Source: Octopus sinensis
Taxonomy: Eukaryota
Length of the DNA stretch: 64,000 nucleotides
Reading direction: 5' to 3'
Assembly (NCBI RefSeq): GCF_006345805.1
Contig: NC_043005.1
Span: forward strand, 67,270,001 to 67,334,000
The notes under the pieces were generated by a model. The model was not told the DNA's origin. It made no database searches and was given only the letters and a program-made list of their open reading frames with translations. Positions 26,107-40,296 of this stretch are shown in pieces (the stretch's first letter is position 1; each line of letters begins with the position of its first letter). The position numbers and the translations under genes are program-made.

Positions 26107-26478
26107 GCTTTATATGAATTTTGACAAAGATTATCACTTTGAGGAATCATGTGCTGCATATTATTTCTCTAATTTCAAGGCAACACCTATTATTAACGGG
26201 TATCCTATTGGAGATATCTCCTAGAATTTCATATGCATAGAACCAATTAGGCAAAGTTGCAATATATGTTATTTAAACGATGTTAAAGATAAATTATCTT
26301 TTCAAATATTGGAGTCAGTGTAGTATTATTAATATTAGAAAATCTAATTAAATGACTCACACAATTCAGTCAAGTCATCAAGTCTCTAAACGATATAAAT
26401 CCTTACTGAAGTTGGATGAAATATATTAGGTTGGAAAGAAAACCCTTTTGCAGTTTGGATATGGTCACCTTCAGCGTA

Positions 26479-26538
26479 TTTTTCGAATAGTAAATGAGCA
26501 TATCATTTTTCGAATACGGTAAATGAGCATATCATTTT
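26479..26538. repeat. Short tandem duplication (two copies of about 28 bp)
   Basis: tttttcgaata(cg)gtaaatgagcatatca, twice. Confidence 0.8.
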
Positions 26539-26894
26539 AAATCCCATCCTTTTTTCATTCTTTGCAGATAACTTTATACAAAAGAGGTTAGATTTGTATC
26601 GATTTTAATCTTTCACAAAGAAAAAAAAATATTTCATGCTGTATGAATTCAAGAGGAACACTTCAAAATTGGAAGTAGCAAGAAATACTTATTCAGTCTT
26701 TGTAAATATTAAGGAAGCTTTAACTGTCCGAATATGACAATGATCAGGGAATTTTTTCTCTCGCACTTCGCACTCGATTGAGACGACCACATACTGTCAA
26801 TACTAGGCTTATGGAAAATGCATTACTAATGGGATGACCCGATATCTATATCTATATAAATAAAGATACATATCTATTTCAATATGTATGTATG

Positions 26895-26928
<34 letters not shown>

Positions 26929-26984
26929 TGTATCTATCTATCTATCTCTCTATCTATCAGTCTGTATGTCTCTCTATATAAAAA

Positions 26985-27145
26985 GCCTATCCAGGCTCAC
27001 GGGACCGGTTTCCCGATTTCAATGGCGTATGTGCTCCCCAGCTGGACGGGACGCCAGTCCATCGCAGCGTTACTAATGTTTGCCAGCTGAGTGTACTGGA
27101 GCAACCTGAAATGAAGTGTTTTGCTGAAGAACACTACGCGTCACG
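26985..27145 (-). mobile_element. Fragment of a third short interspersed repeat (probable SINE body)
   Basis: GC-rich block cagctggacgggacgccagtccatcgcag...ggagcaacctgaaatgaagtgttttgct. Its reverse complement resembles post-tRNA-head SINE sequence. Confidence 0.45.
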
Positions 27146-27164
27146 GTACGCGTGCGGTACGAAA

Positions 27165-27530
27165 ATTTGCTTACCAACCACATGGTTCGGGGTTCAGTCC
27201 CACTGCATGGAACCTTGGGAAATCGTCTTCTATTATAGCTTTTTGCCGACCAAAGCGTTATGAGTGGATTTGGTAGACGGAAACTGAAAGAAGCACGTCG
27301 TATATATGTTTATATATGTATATATGTTTGTGTGTCTGTTTGTCCCCCGTCATCGTTTGACAATTGATGTTGGTGTGTTTACGTTCCTGTAACTTAGTGG
27401 TTTGGCAAAAGGGACCGATAGAATAGGTACTAGGCTTACAAAGAATAAGCCTTAGGGTCGATTTGTTCGACTAAAGGCGGTACACTAACATAGCCGCAGT
27501 CAAATAACTGAAACAAAGAATAAAAGAATA
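27165..27530 (+). mobile_element. SINE family B
   Basis: Matches the 49120 copy from gcttaccaaccacatgg to gcagtcaaataactgaaac. Confidence 0.9.
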
Positions 27531-30496
27531 TTTAAGAGAATTTCGTTCTGAAACAAACAGTAAAAGAATAAAAGAATATGTAAGAGAATTTTATTTTCAG
27601 TTTAACAGGTTTCCTCATACAGTTATTTATCATGAAGAATTTCCAGATAGATATTGATATTGACTATAGGAGATTTATGGTCTAGGCAGAGTTATAGATT
27701 GCCTTTTTCTCCACTTCCATACATTGGTTATACATCCCATCATTCATTGCAAAACACGACGTCATTTTAGTATAGATACACTTTCAATTAAGAACGCGAA
27801 ACGTATCCCTGCTTGAACTCTACAGACATTGTACATATTAATTATCTAGAATGTAAACATCATATTTATAGCCGTTACATTGTCATAGCTGACTTATCAT
27901 TTGATAGGACTACTGGAAATTATTTACTTATGAAACGGCTAAATATGACGTTCTTATATTGTTATTGTACCCTAGGCTATATTTTCTTCTTTATTACTTT
28001 TATGCATTTTATAAATTCTTTATATATTGGTGCAGGAGTAATTCAATATTGTTGACACCTCATACCGCCTGAGACTTCGTGGAATACTCTCGTCTAGTTA
28101 GTAGTGTGTCATTTGTAATTCAAATTCCTGTCGAATCCTGTCGATTTCTACAGGAATAAATGCTATTGAAGAAAACTTCTACAGTTATATGATAAAAGCC
28201 ATGTCTATTCCCCTATCAGATGTCGTGAACTTATTCACTCAGTTCTTTATTAACTTAAAAGTGTGTGTATGTATGTGCATGTGTGAAGCAAGCTAATTTA
28301 TCCAATGGCATTATACGGTCTTGTATATCTTTATAAATAGTGTGATTACAACGTTTCAACTGCAAAGAAACTTCATAGTAATATCAGTAGAACTAGCCGA
28401 GAGAATTCACTGTGACTATATTCTTCTTCGGGTAAAATGAGTCGTGAAAAACAGGTTATCAGCAGGATTTCTTTCATTCTATGTAAACCGAAAAAGATTT
28501 GTGATGATAAAGTGTTGATCAACTAAGCATTTTATCATGTTTTATGAATACAAATTTATATGGTTTTCCATATAGAATGACCTCCATAAAATGTAATATA
28601 TGCTTAGTTGATAAACACTAACCACCAGAGAATTTACCATATGTCTCGTGTACCTGAAACAGATGTTTACCAAGAAATCTAATAAGGTATCGGAAAACTT
28701 TTACCTTAATAATTCTCTCATACTTTCCTGGATTTCATAAGTTATAATAGTAGCAACAAGGTATTTAAAATAAATTGGTAAACTTAAATGACTACATTTA
28801 TGCTTTCTTGATTATTACTCTCAACATGAATTTAGATAAAAAAAAAAGCAAATTATTTAATTGTCTTTCACATAAGCTGCCAAATTTGGAATGAACATTA
28901 GTGAAAAAATGTTTCCAGCTCCGCACTACATGACATTGCAGAAATGGTCATCAACATAAACAGTAAAGGGAAACCTTCAAGAAGGTGTTGACTCAGAAAT
29001 GAAACTATTTCTGTTGTACAACTTAAGTTATTGTTATTTGCCAGTTGAGAAAAATCTTCTGCTGATGTCAAATAAAATGTTGCATTTTAGATTATCTGTA
29101 ATAATTAAGAAACCAAAAGTGTATTTTTCATGAATTGGAGATACAAAATATGAGTTACGGAGACAACTTGTATTGTGGGTGTGGAATGTAGAGTTAGAAA
29201 AGAAATATATATGAAAACGTGTGGCATAGAGTTATTTCATAGCTATCTTCAGAAAATGTATAGAATATATTTTTGCCAAAATCTAAGAGTCATTTTCGTT
29301 TCTGTAGCTGAGAGTCTTTCAGGTTAGGGGTGGGGTTTAAACCATCCTGCTTGCAGTAGTTAATATCTTTCGTCAAATGTGTAGGCAGAATGATGACATT
29401 ACTGAAGCACCCGAGGTAAAAATTGAATTCAAATCTTGTGTCACTAGATAAAACAGGTATGAATAGAAGCCGTGCAATAGATTGATTTGAGATGTTTGAC
29501 TTGAATTGGATTGCATATTAGAAAATCTGATTAAGCTGCATACGACAAAGTTGATGCTATAAACAATTTAGGCTTAACAGAATATGTAAAGCCATTTAGT
29601 CAACGTTTTGTTATCAAATTAATGAGTACTATTTATGTTTTGAAATAGACTTAAGTAATATCGTTCTCTTCACATAGCTATTTCACTTACGTATGAAATT
29701 ATTTCTAATGATTCTGTAGCCATGTATATTTTAATCTCAAAGTTAGATAACGATATTGCATTCGCGCTTCGCGAGGAAAAATAATTAATACAAATAAAAA
29801 GCAAGAAAATTATAAATTAAATTAAATATATAAAGAAATTAAAGAATAAGAAATTAAAAATGTAAAGAAAGAACAGAATATACACAAAAATCCATATTCC
29901 CTGTAAAATCCATTAAAAGCAGAGAACAATTAAATTTTAATACTGAAGAGTAACTGATCATTTTTTTCCGATTCTCCTTATTCAATTACCCATGACAATA
30001 AGAACGTTCACACAACGTTCATAATTTCTCATCGATCATTAGATAACGAAGGGTTTTAAAATAAATAAATGATATTTTTTGAATTTTTTTAATGAATCAT
30101 TGTTGACACACTAGAATGTTGTGAAACACATTTATCATCTCATGGAATAGGCAAGGAACGGCTGAAGTTACGATCTAAGGAAATAATACCTTATCCAAGA
30201 TTATATAAGGTTATATTCGTTTCCTCTGGCTTTAGTGTTCAAATTTCGGCACTGTCAAGTGGCTACACGTGGAATTCATGGTAACAATGCGTAAAATAGC
30301 ATTAATATCAGCAGAATCGGGAAAAGGCTAGTGAGTTAGCATAGACAAAAGATCCCCAAACAAAATGTCTTCCACAATCTTCATTTGACTCCACATGACG
30401 CTCTACCTTCAAATCTCCTTAGTGACTTGCTACAATATAGGCATACACTATAGCGCGGCACGCGTGTAAGAAATGCCAGATCCGTAATCTACTATC

Positions 30497-30697
30497 CCAT
30501 GCATGTTTACACTATGAATATTTATTATATATTAATTAAACGCCCGAAAGACCTAAAAGTTTTAAACGTACTGCGTATTTATTCTGTGAAATGTTTGTCC
30601 ATTTTTCATTTTTTTCTTTTTTAGCATTCTAATCACTGTTAATATACAGGATTCTGAAAGTCAAATAGCATCCACGTATGAAGACTTATTCTTAGTT
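30497..30697 (+). repeat. Unclassified dispersed repeat, copy 1 (copy 2 at 38949-39145)
   Basis: About 200 bp co-linear similarity, e.g. attaattaaa(c/g)gcccgaaagaccta and caggattctgaa...tcaaatagcat. Confidence 0.8.
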
Positions 30698-32899
30698 TTT
30701 CACGATTCGTCTGTAAACTTCTCTTGTTGCCTAGGGTGAAAAAATACTTCCAATGTAAAAGCTTGTTTTGATCCTAAGGAATAAACGCTTGGTGGGAAAA
30801 GTGAGAGATCCTATCAACAATCACAGAAAGAAATCACTTCGAACGCTACACACCAACTTTAATACCATAACCTAAGATAAGAAGTCACCTGTTCATTTCT
30901 AAATAAACTCATTTTGTTCTATGTCTACAATATTTTAAGCTGATGTTTTATAACTTATTAAAATATCTTTTTTTAATGAGATTGAAAACTCAACAATTTT
31001 ATTCTCACGACCTTTTTACGAAATGACAAATGATAAAATATTTCAGAGAAACTTACGACATAAAAACAATTTTTTTTTCAATATATATCTGATTATGTGT
31101 TTCTGGAATGGTTTCTATTACAATTTTATTTCATTCTTTACAATAACGTATGAGCTATTGATTATTGCAAAACAATTTTTCAACTTTTTAATACTATCGC
31201 TCACGTATAATTACTAAACTTTAATCTGCAGTAAAAGCAATTATATGTATATCAAACTGAATGATGGAACTTATGCTAATATCGTACAAAGAATTTACAT
31301 AAGTCGGAATGCTTACAATTCTTTCCAATGATAAATAAAATTACCATACAAAATGGTTACATAAATATTCATGCATTGTCGCTTAAAATAAATCATCGAT
31401 ACATATGTGCGTGTGTGCGTGCGTTTGTGTGTGGCTGTCTAAGTGTGTTTCGTGTTATTGTGTCTGTGTGTGTGTGCGTATGAGTATGTGTAATGTTTGA
31501 CACTTTCATGTAAGCACATAAAATGACGATGATAAATTGAGCCGACGTCTGCTGGTCTGTTTTTAATCAGTGATATCTATTCCTATCTATAATTTAGTTA
31601 TTATTGACTTCGAAGGAGCAGGAAATAGATGTTTACTATCATTCTGGTAGTTTTAAAAGAGATTAGTAAAAATAAGTAAAGCGAGGTCATTCTCATCATA
31701 ACACGAAACCCCAAAAATAAATGCTGCCTCAGTTATTCTCAAAACAAGATATATCTTTATAGCCACCTAAGAAATGATATTCTTCTCTCATATCGAAATC
31801 TGCTTAATCTCTTTAAACGGAGAAACAGAGCTTCAGACGAGGCACAAAATACAATTCATAAAAAGTATTTATAACGCATATGTGACAGTGAATATCCTAC
31901 TCTAAACAAATATTACAAACTTCATAATAGCAACCATTAATGATAGGCACTTTTAACGTACTCGCGCGCGCTAATGCCTATATATTTATGCGAATTATAG
32001 AATGGATTAATTATTTTCACAATTGTAGAAAGCACAAATATTTTAATAGCTTCGATTCCTTAGTAGCCTTCATGTATTATGAAGTATCAAAACTTTGATC
32101 GCATTTAAAGACGTGCTTACAAAAACAATTCAAATAGAGTTTTTGATGCACCGGTGATTAGCTCGCAGAAGTGGGACGAAAATTAACGATTCATAATATT
32201 ATATTTCAACGGACGTGAACTTGACAGTGTTTATGGTTTTGTTTTTTACAGTATGGCCTAGCGTAATGATTCATTGCGTAATCATATCATTTTTAATATT
32301 CAGAATTTTTAAAAACTTTTCATGCCAGTATATCATAGACAAATAAATCGTGTTGCGATGAATTGACATGATTTTATGCAACTCGTGTTTATGTCTACAG
32401 GCCGAACTAAATACTCTAGTGTCATCGTGATGTATTCCGTAAAAAACTTAACATGTTTAGAAGTTGTTTATGCATCCGGAAATTATAATTTTTAGCACGC
32501 TATCAGTACCTTACCATTTAATTCGTGTGTTTACTTCCCTCGTTTTCGTGATCAGAAAGTGCCACTACCCTACCTATTTTACTTCTTCTCTTTTTTGAGT
32601 CTACTGATCAATTAGCTTTTTGTTCTCACATTTCAAAATGCACTTACTGTATTTAAGACAATACAGCATTCATGTTTCACTTTGAGATACGTCCTTATAT
32701 CTTTTATTATGTTTTCAATAACTTCCTTAAGTGAATCTTCGAGTCTACATAATTGCACCTCCTACAAGCTCTTGTAATTTGTATCCTTCGGATATAAAAC
32801 TAAATTGAATTTACCTTTGTGAATTCAGGCCCCTCTAGTTCTCTGATCCAGTGTGACTGGACGTTGGTTTTGAGAACAAGTATCATTTTCCAGCAAACG

Positions 32900-33340
32900 G
32901 CTCTCTACCTTGTCTAAGCCTATTGTATAGCTTTAAATATTTTGGAGTGTATAGAAAAGCACCGTGAACTGGGTTACCCTAGCTGTATCTATTCTTTAAC
33001 TTAAAAAACGTAATACGATCTGGGAGAGCCGCTGAGGTTTGATTGTAGTTAATGATTGTACTTTTAACAAATCAATATTCAATACCCACCAAATTGTTGG
33101 GAAGTCATTTCAACACACTCCAGCCATCTACAACAGCCAAATACACTACTTGGGCGTGTACCTAGAATGCATTACGTCTAGGATCTCTTACTAACACTTA
33201 TGTTCCTAAGAAAATTTTCAGAAATCCGAAGAAATCCGAAGAAATCTAGCACTCGATCCCTGTCGGATCATGAATAGAGACAAGACTCTCTGCATACTCT
33301 ATAGAGCAGCAAGCATGTAAGAAAGGCTAGACCATGACCA
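32900..33340 (+). mobile_element. Old CR1-like LINE RT C-terminal remnant
   Basis: DLG and RLSAYSIEQ (RLRLYSLERR-like) pieces in the expected order. Heavily decayed. Confidence 0.4.
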
Positions 33341-34099
33341 AATCGGATTGAAACAGTTCGTCTATCATCTCCCATTTGTTGCCTACTGTGAAAAATAGCT
33401 ATAATGTCCAAATTAGTTCTAAATAAAGTCATATTCTGTTTACTAGAACATATTTCGACTTCTCATGAAAAGTTATCACTTATTAAAAAAAATGTAATTA
33501 TTTCCAGTGCATTTGTAACAATCCGCCGCTACAGATACGCAACCCAATTTTGTAATTAAATTGTGTAAATGACATGTATCTAATTGGAGCTTATCAAATA
33601 AACACACATTATTAACCAAATGTGAAAACAGTTTTATTATTTGATTTGTCACTATTATTGAACATATTATATTATCTTTTTTGTCCTTGAAAGTTTTTAA
33701 TTCTGAAAATAATTTTTGAAATTAATTGAAACAGAGAGATGCAAAGTAAATCACACATGGAAGTAAAACCATACATTTACTTGGGCAAACGGCGAGGAGA
33801 CAGTAATCTCAATCATTCGCGCAATGGAAATACATTATACACAGTAATAAAGAAAGTATACTGTCACGACAAATACCATTTCACTTGATATTAGATCTGT
33901 ACCCGTTATATCTTTGACAATTCTGCATGTTGTCATATCAGTGTCTTTCAAATCTTGGCTCTAAAATAACCATTAGTAAAGCATTGTTCTTCAAATACAG
34001 TATATTAACTGTCAATGGAATTGATTGAGCGACAAAGAAAATCTGGAAACTAACATCTTTTCAATCGAAAAGTCAAATTTGATGGTATGAGTGGTGTTC

Positions 34100-35700
34100 T
34101 GGGGTGTACTACATGAAATGTCTTGATAACATGTGTTATAAGCTTCTTAGTCATTAATCATTTGGCATAGCATAGCCCCTAATTGATCTAAAATGCACAG
34201 CAATATTATACAGAATACTTCCCTTGGTCAGAAGATTGTGTAATAGAGGACCCAAATGTTCCATGAATTTTAAAATTCCATAGGGTATTGATATATTTCT
34301 TTGTAGCCCGCAATACTGAACTGCTAAAGATCTCTAGATATGGAAATGTTCTTGAAGTGCTTGGAACAGAATCTGTTTCATGATGTTTGTCAATATATGG
34401 TTGTCAGTATATGTTGCAGAAAGTCTCAAATTTTAATTCGTCAAGTGTTTTAACTATAGGGATAATACAAGAAGCATGTAGTGCCATTTCTATCGAAATG
34501 ATATATCCCATCCACTTAACACTCATTGTCATGCAAGTTCTGAAATATTTTGTTCAAAATTGTGCATTCATGTCAGACAATCTGTTAAGAAATATGTTTC
34601 TGAATTCTTGATAATATTGCAAGCAGATGCAAAATTTCTGCCTAAGGTCAAATGAACCATGAAAGCAAAATCCTGTATATGAACCTAGAAATGATTGTGA
34701 CGACAATACCTGAAGATACAGCAGCAGCATTTATGCATTTATGTTGATAAACTTGGGACAACAATAGACTGAAAAAGCATTTATTTTCGCTGTACATGAA
34801 CATTAAAAAAGTAAATCCTCGCTTCTTATCAAACGCTGGGTGATCTGCCGTTGGCCTATGATATTAATGTGTCAATATTATATGATGCATCTGCGGGAAG
34901 ATTATTGACGTTAGTACGATTACGTTGAGAGGCAGTACTTCTGAATTTCTAGGTTACATCCTTTTGTCAACGAGGCATGCACTTTCGATTTTTCTGTAAA
35001 CTTAATCTTATTGCTCGGGAACATCCGTTGAGCTTGACCCTTTAAAGCTGCGGCAAAGTCATTGCGATGCTTAAGCCAATACAGAATAAGATTAGATGTT
35101 TTATAGTCTATGAACATCATTGTGATAAAAATCTTAAGTTTCTTGGATGTTTGAAATGCAGGTACTTCTGATGAAGTCGTATCCCACTGAGTAATACTCT
35201 CCAACAATCAAACTGGAGTGCATGTCATTCTTTGTAGGTGGTGCACACTTCTATGTCATTGAATATTCGAAGATATTGAACTTAACTTCAAGTTAGTGTT
35301 TTATGATGATATATTGGAAAGAGGCATTCATATTGAGTGGCATATACAAATATATTCTTTCCTGATAGTACATTCAAACCATTATCTTGATTCTCAAATC
35401 GATCACATTGCTCTCTAATTCTGCTCTACTCCATATTCCAAATATATTAGGTCAAAGTCTGATGGTAAAGAAATGTTTTTGGAAAGAGATCTTGCTGGCA
35501 CATCTTCAAAACTGTTTAACGCCAGTATCTTTGGATTTCTGCTTGCTGTGCAGCAGATGTGTGAATAATGACAACGTGCTAGCCGTTTTCGAAGCGGACA
35601 GAAAAGTATTTAATACTAAGGGATATTCATGTATGAGTAAAACGAAAACACGCAAGGAATTTATTTACGGTTGATTTGCTGTTCCAGGACAATATTGCGA
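34100..35700 (-). mobile_element. Old CR1-like LINE RT remnant
   Basis: Minus-strand pieces resemble END...LTQ, DFAxA, IS*A (SYADD position) and GPLLHNL in RT order. Many stops. Confidence 0.45.
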
Positions 35701-36095
35701 AATCAGTTATATTTTGAAATATTTTGGTTAGAATTTACGGAATTGCTGAACCATAACTCAAAATTGATGCGGTCATTAAATAACTGCGTTAAGACAACGC
35801 AATAGAGAACTATGCCTCTGTTGTCGATTTCATGCGCTCCAGCGAAGGCTCGGAACCCGACGTCTATCAGACATAACCGTCTCGCCTGTCTGACGTGATT
35901 GCTATCTATGAATTATCTCCATTTTAAAAGTACTACACTTGCGCTTTCTCCCTGCACAATCAGTAGCAGCATTACAGTAAATGAATATTGTGTTAAAAGT
36001 GATACATTGCTAAAGACCATTTAGTGAATGTAAGAGAGAAAAGAAATATCACCGAGCGTCAAAAGAAGTTCAATGAGGAGCAGAAAGAACAACAA

Positions 36096-36495
36096 GGCAT
36101 CGCAGTGTGGTAAGAAGCTTGCTTCGCAACCGCATGGTTCTGGGTTTAGTCCCTCTACGTGGCATCTTGGGCATGTGTCTTCTACACAACGCCTTGTGAG
36201 TAGATTTGGTAGCCGAAAACTGAAAGAAATTCGTTGTATATATGTATATATGTGTGCATGTGTGTGTGTGTGTGTTTGTGTCTCTGTTTGTCCCACCACC
36301 ACCGTTTGACAAACGGTGCAGGCATGTTCACGTCCCTGTAACCTAGCGGTTCAGCAAAGGAGACGATAGAATAAGTACCAGGCTCTGAAAAATGAAAATG
36401 AGTGCTGGGCTCGACATATTCGATTAAAAATTCTTTAAAGTAGTGCCCCAGCATGGCCACAGTCAAATGACTGAGACAAGTAAAAGGATAAAAGA
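36096..36495 (+). mobile_element. SINE family B, diverged
   Basis: Head gtgtggtaagaagcttgcttc, tail gtgccccagcatggccacagtcaaatgactgagac. Confidence 0.85.
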
Positions 36496-36860
36496 ACAAC
36501 AAAAGCTACAACAGCAACAATAGCCTTACTAACTATACATTCTCTTCTGCCTCACAGCTGTTCGAAAGAACAAGTAAGTGATGGCGTTCCTAAAATTACC
36601 CTCAACTAAACACGTGATTAAACCAACAACAAGCAACACTGACAGTAACTATCACCCCAACAACCAATGAACTAACCCTCATGAGGTTCATTAATTTCAA
36701 AGGAAACAAGATTGAGCTGGCATTAGAGTAAGAGAGAAAGAGAAAGTAGGGAGGAGGCGTCCGTACATCACAAAAATCATTTTGTAATACGTTACAGATT
36801 CAGACCCATTACGAATAAATTCGCATCATAGATCTGACTAGCTTCTTGAGCTTCTATATA

Positions 36861-37458
36861 TTGTGTCATCTCATAAATAATGTGGTTTTTTATACTTTCA
36901 TTCTTCAAAGTTAAGATAAACAAAATTCTTTTTTAATCTAAAATATACTCTCCTCCATTTTCAACAATGCTCTTCCATCTCTCTGGTAGAGTTTCAAGGT
37001 ATCTCTTCAAAGATTGACTTGTCCGTGGCAAAAAATACTCCTCCAATACTGTTTTGACCTCGTCTACAGAAATCATACTTTTTCCGTTCAAATGATTTTG
37101 AAGACTGCGGAATAAATGATAATCCGGCGAATATGGTATGTGGAGCATCGTTTCCCATTAAAACTGCTCCAGCCTTTGGAATGTCATCCTCGCTGCATGT
37201 AGCCTGATAGAAGAACACTTTTCATCTTGAAACCAAAGATGGTCCCTTTCCGATGGCAAATCCAAGCTTCCCTGCTAGTTCTTTAACAGTTACGATGGGA
37301 TTTTGTTCTACCAGGTTTTGCAGGATGCCCTCGTCGATCTCTGCAGGTCTTCCAGGACAAGGCTGGTCTTCTAGGCAATAGTTCTATACTATCACGTGCC
37401 ACCTTCCACTTTTAGTTCATGTAGTTGAAAAAACCGCATTATTTTTGGGATAGCCCAA
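36861..37458 (-). mobile_element. Internally deleted mariner with both TIRs and TA target duplication
   Basis: Left ttgtgtcatctcataaataatgtggttttt versus right (rc) ttgggctatcccaaaaataatgcggttttt, with TA on both flanks. ORF 36933-37148 contains PYSPDYHLFRSLQNHL...LPERWKSIVENGGEYI. Confidence 0.85.
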
Positions 37459-38118
37459 TATATACAGTAATGAAGTTAATCATGGTCAGTTCATTTGTGT
37501 TGCACTGTTAATGTTGTTATTGTTGTTGTATATTATTGCTGTTATGTAGGTGTAATCGCATGTTTGGTTGTTCGTAATTTTATGGACGTCAACAATTTCT
37601 TGATCTTCTTCCGAACAGCAGCTAAGTTGAGGCGGGCTCAGTAGTCGATATTGATTTGTTTCTGTTTTTGTCTCTGCTGCTATTGTTATTTTCATTATTG
37701 TTAGTCTTTTAATTCTTGCTGAGTTTGGGTCCTAGTGTGTCTGTTATTGGAGATTTTTGCCGTCGTTGCAATTTTTGTTGATGCTGTTGTTTTTATTTTT
37801 CTTTCGCATTTCATCTTTTGACCTACCAACCTTTCAGGTTTTCAGAATTGGTATGTTAACTCGATCATATGGAGATTTCTGTATTCATATCAACCGCTGG
37901 ATGTTGAGTTCAAGAAAGGTAAATACATCTGTATGTCCATATGAGCGTCATCTTTCTTGTCGTTTGATTGTTCCTCTTATTTAAGAAAGTTATAATACAG
38001 ATATTTTGATACGATACTATATGTATGTTTGTCCTTATTAGTAGACGTTTTAGTTCTGTACTCTTGTTGTTTGCGATGATCTAGTTAACTATTCGTTTGT
38101 CAATATTCTGAAAGTGTA

Positions 38119-38330
38119 AGATTGCGGGCTGGCAGAATTGTTAGCACACCGGACAAAATGTTTGGCAGCATTTCGTCCGTCTTTACGTGTTGTGCTCAAA
38201 CCCCGCCGAGGTCTACTTTACCGTTCATCCTTTCGAGATCGATAAAACAAATACAAGTTGAACACTGGGGTCGATGTAATCTACTTACCCCTCCTTCAAA
38301 ATTGCTGGCCTCATGCCAAAATTTGAATTT
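38119..38330 (+). mobile_element. SINE family A variant
   Basis: gggctggcagaattgttagcac...cgaggtctactttaccgttcatcctttcg. Confidence 0.8.
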
Positions 38331-38948
38331 CTAAGAGTGTGTCAGGGTTGTTTTGTTGTATTTTATTTTGATTATTTTGATTATTTTTATCTATATCCTT
38401 TCTTATTTCTTCAGCTGCTGGTTATATTTTCATTGGTTGTGTTTTTGCTATGCATTTTTTATTTCTGATTTTTCCTATGCATTTTTCTCGATTCCTCATT
38501 TTTTTTCTCTGACATTTCAATTATATAATTTTAACATTGCTTGCGGTTTAATACTTGAATACTATTTTTAGTTTTCCAATGTGAACCGCTTAAATCCTAT
38601 ATTATCGTCCTTTTTTGATGAGAAGTGTATTGTGAAGGTGTAAAGTATGCATGCAGATGAAAAACTTATTTCCCGTATGCCCATTTATGGCTTACGTTGA
38701 TTATTATTTGTGAGGCTTATGAGATTAAGCCCCTGATTTATTTATATTGCTACATTTTCCATTGGGTGTCGGCTTATTTGATTCTGGAAAGGTCGAGATG
38801 ACTTAATGGAATATTTATTGTATTTATATGTATCATGTTTAAAGCATGCATTCCCTTCGGGTGAATGACGCAATTTTTATTTGAATAGTTTCTCTACTCT
38901 TAGTGGAGTGGACATATACGTATATAGGGTGTTTACACGTAATGTACA

Positions 38949-39145
38949 CCATGCATCTTTACACTAGGAATATTTATTATACATTAATTAAAGGCCCGAA
39001 AGACCTATAACTTTTAAATGTATTACGCGTTTATTCTGCGAAGTATTTGTCCATTTTTCAATTTTCCGCATTCTAATTACTGTTAATGAACAGGATTCTG
39101 AACAATCAAATAGCATTCACGTATGGAGACTTATTATTAGAATTT
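38949..39145 (+). repeat. Unclassified dispersed repeat, copy 2
   Basis: See 30497-30697. Confidence 0.8.
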
Positions 39146-39829
39146 TTAATGTTTTAGTATTTAATGGTATTTCATCTTGGTGCTGTTACAATGTTCTTTA
39201 GTAATGCTAATTTATAAATGACTCCTATACAAAAATACAAAAGAAAAAGTGGAAGAGTCAGAATATTTGTAAAATAAACATTATATTCATTTTTAGTACA
39301 TAATACGTATTTTGTATTTTCTCTTATATTGGTATTACTTAACAATAAATATATTTTTGATCCAGGTGGATTTTAGATCGTCAAAATATCAAATATTCTC
39401 CATAACATTCATTTCTTTGTCGAATCCTTTACTTCATTTAAGTATACCCAAAATGTATTTTATTGATTTAATGACTAACAAAAGAGATCTATATATACGG
39501 CAGGAACAACAAAATCTTCCTGGTGGCGGAGTATTGATGCAGCTGCGTAGTTCAAAGTTATTAGATGGCGGTTGAGCTATCCAGACTTTTAAATATAAAA
39601 GCATGAGAAAGCTAGAAGAAAGCTGTTTTTGTTCATATAAACGGCAATAACATAGACATTGTAAAGAAGAGAAATATAATGATATTCAAGTAAAGAACGT
39701 GCATAAACCTATAAACTTATACTACATGTTCTGGGAATTCAAAAGACCAAAGTGATAGACTGTAAAATGCACACTTTCACACACAAGTGCATGTATATAC
39801 TTATATATAGAAACACATACTTCAAACCT

Positions 39830-39898
39830 ATACACACATACACACAAACACACACATACACACGCACACACACACGCACACACACACACACACACACG

Positions 39899-39933
<35 letters not shown>

Positions 39934-39987
39934 GCGTGTGTGTGAACTTGTGTGTGCATGTGTGAATGGATGCAGGCATACATATAC

Positions 39988-40075
<88 letters not shown>
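39830..40075. repeat. (CA)n/(TA)n compound microsatellite
   Basis: Direct reading. Confidence 0.95.
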
Positions 40076-40076
<1 letters not shown>

Positions 40077-40296
40077 GTAAATGCATCTATACATATGGCG
40101 TTGTAGTTATTTATCCCATTATAGATCATGTGTAATATTATATATAATGTTAGATATTTAATATTTTATTTGCCGCATAACATCACACGAAAGCTACGCA
40201 ACGTGCCACAATTTTATGTGTAATGAAATTTCCATTTAACGTACAAAGAAAAGTTTTGACATTTTATATTATACAATTCTGTTAAAAAACCCATAC

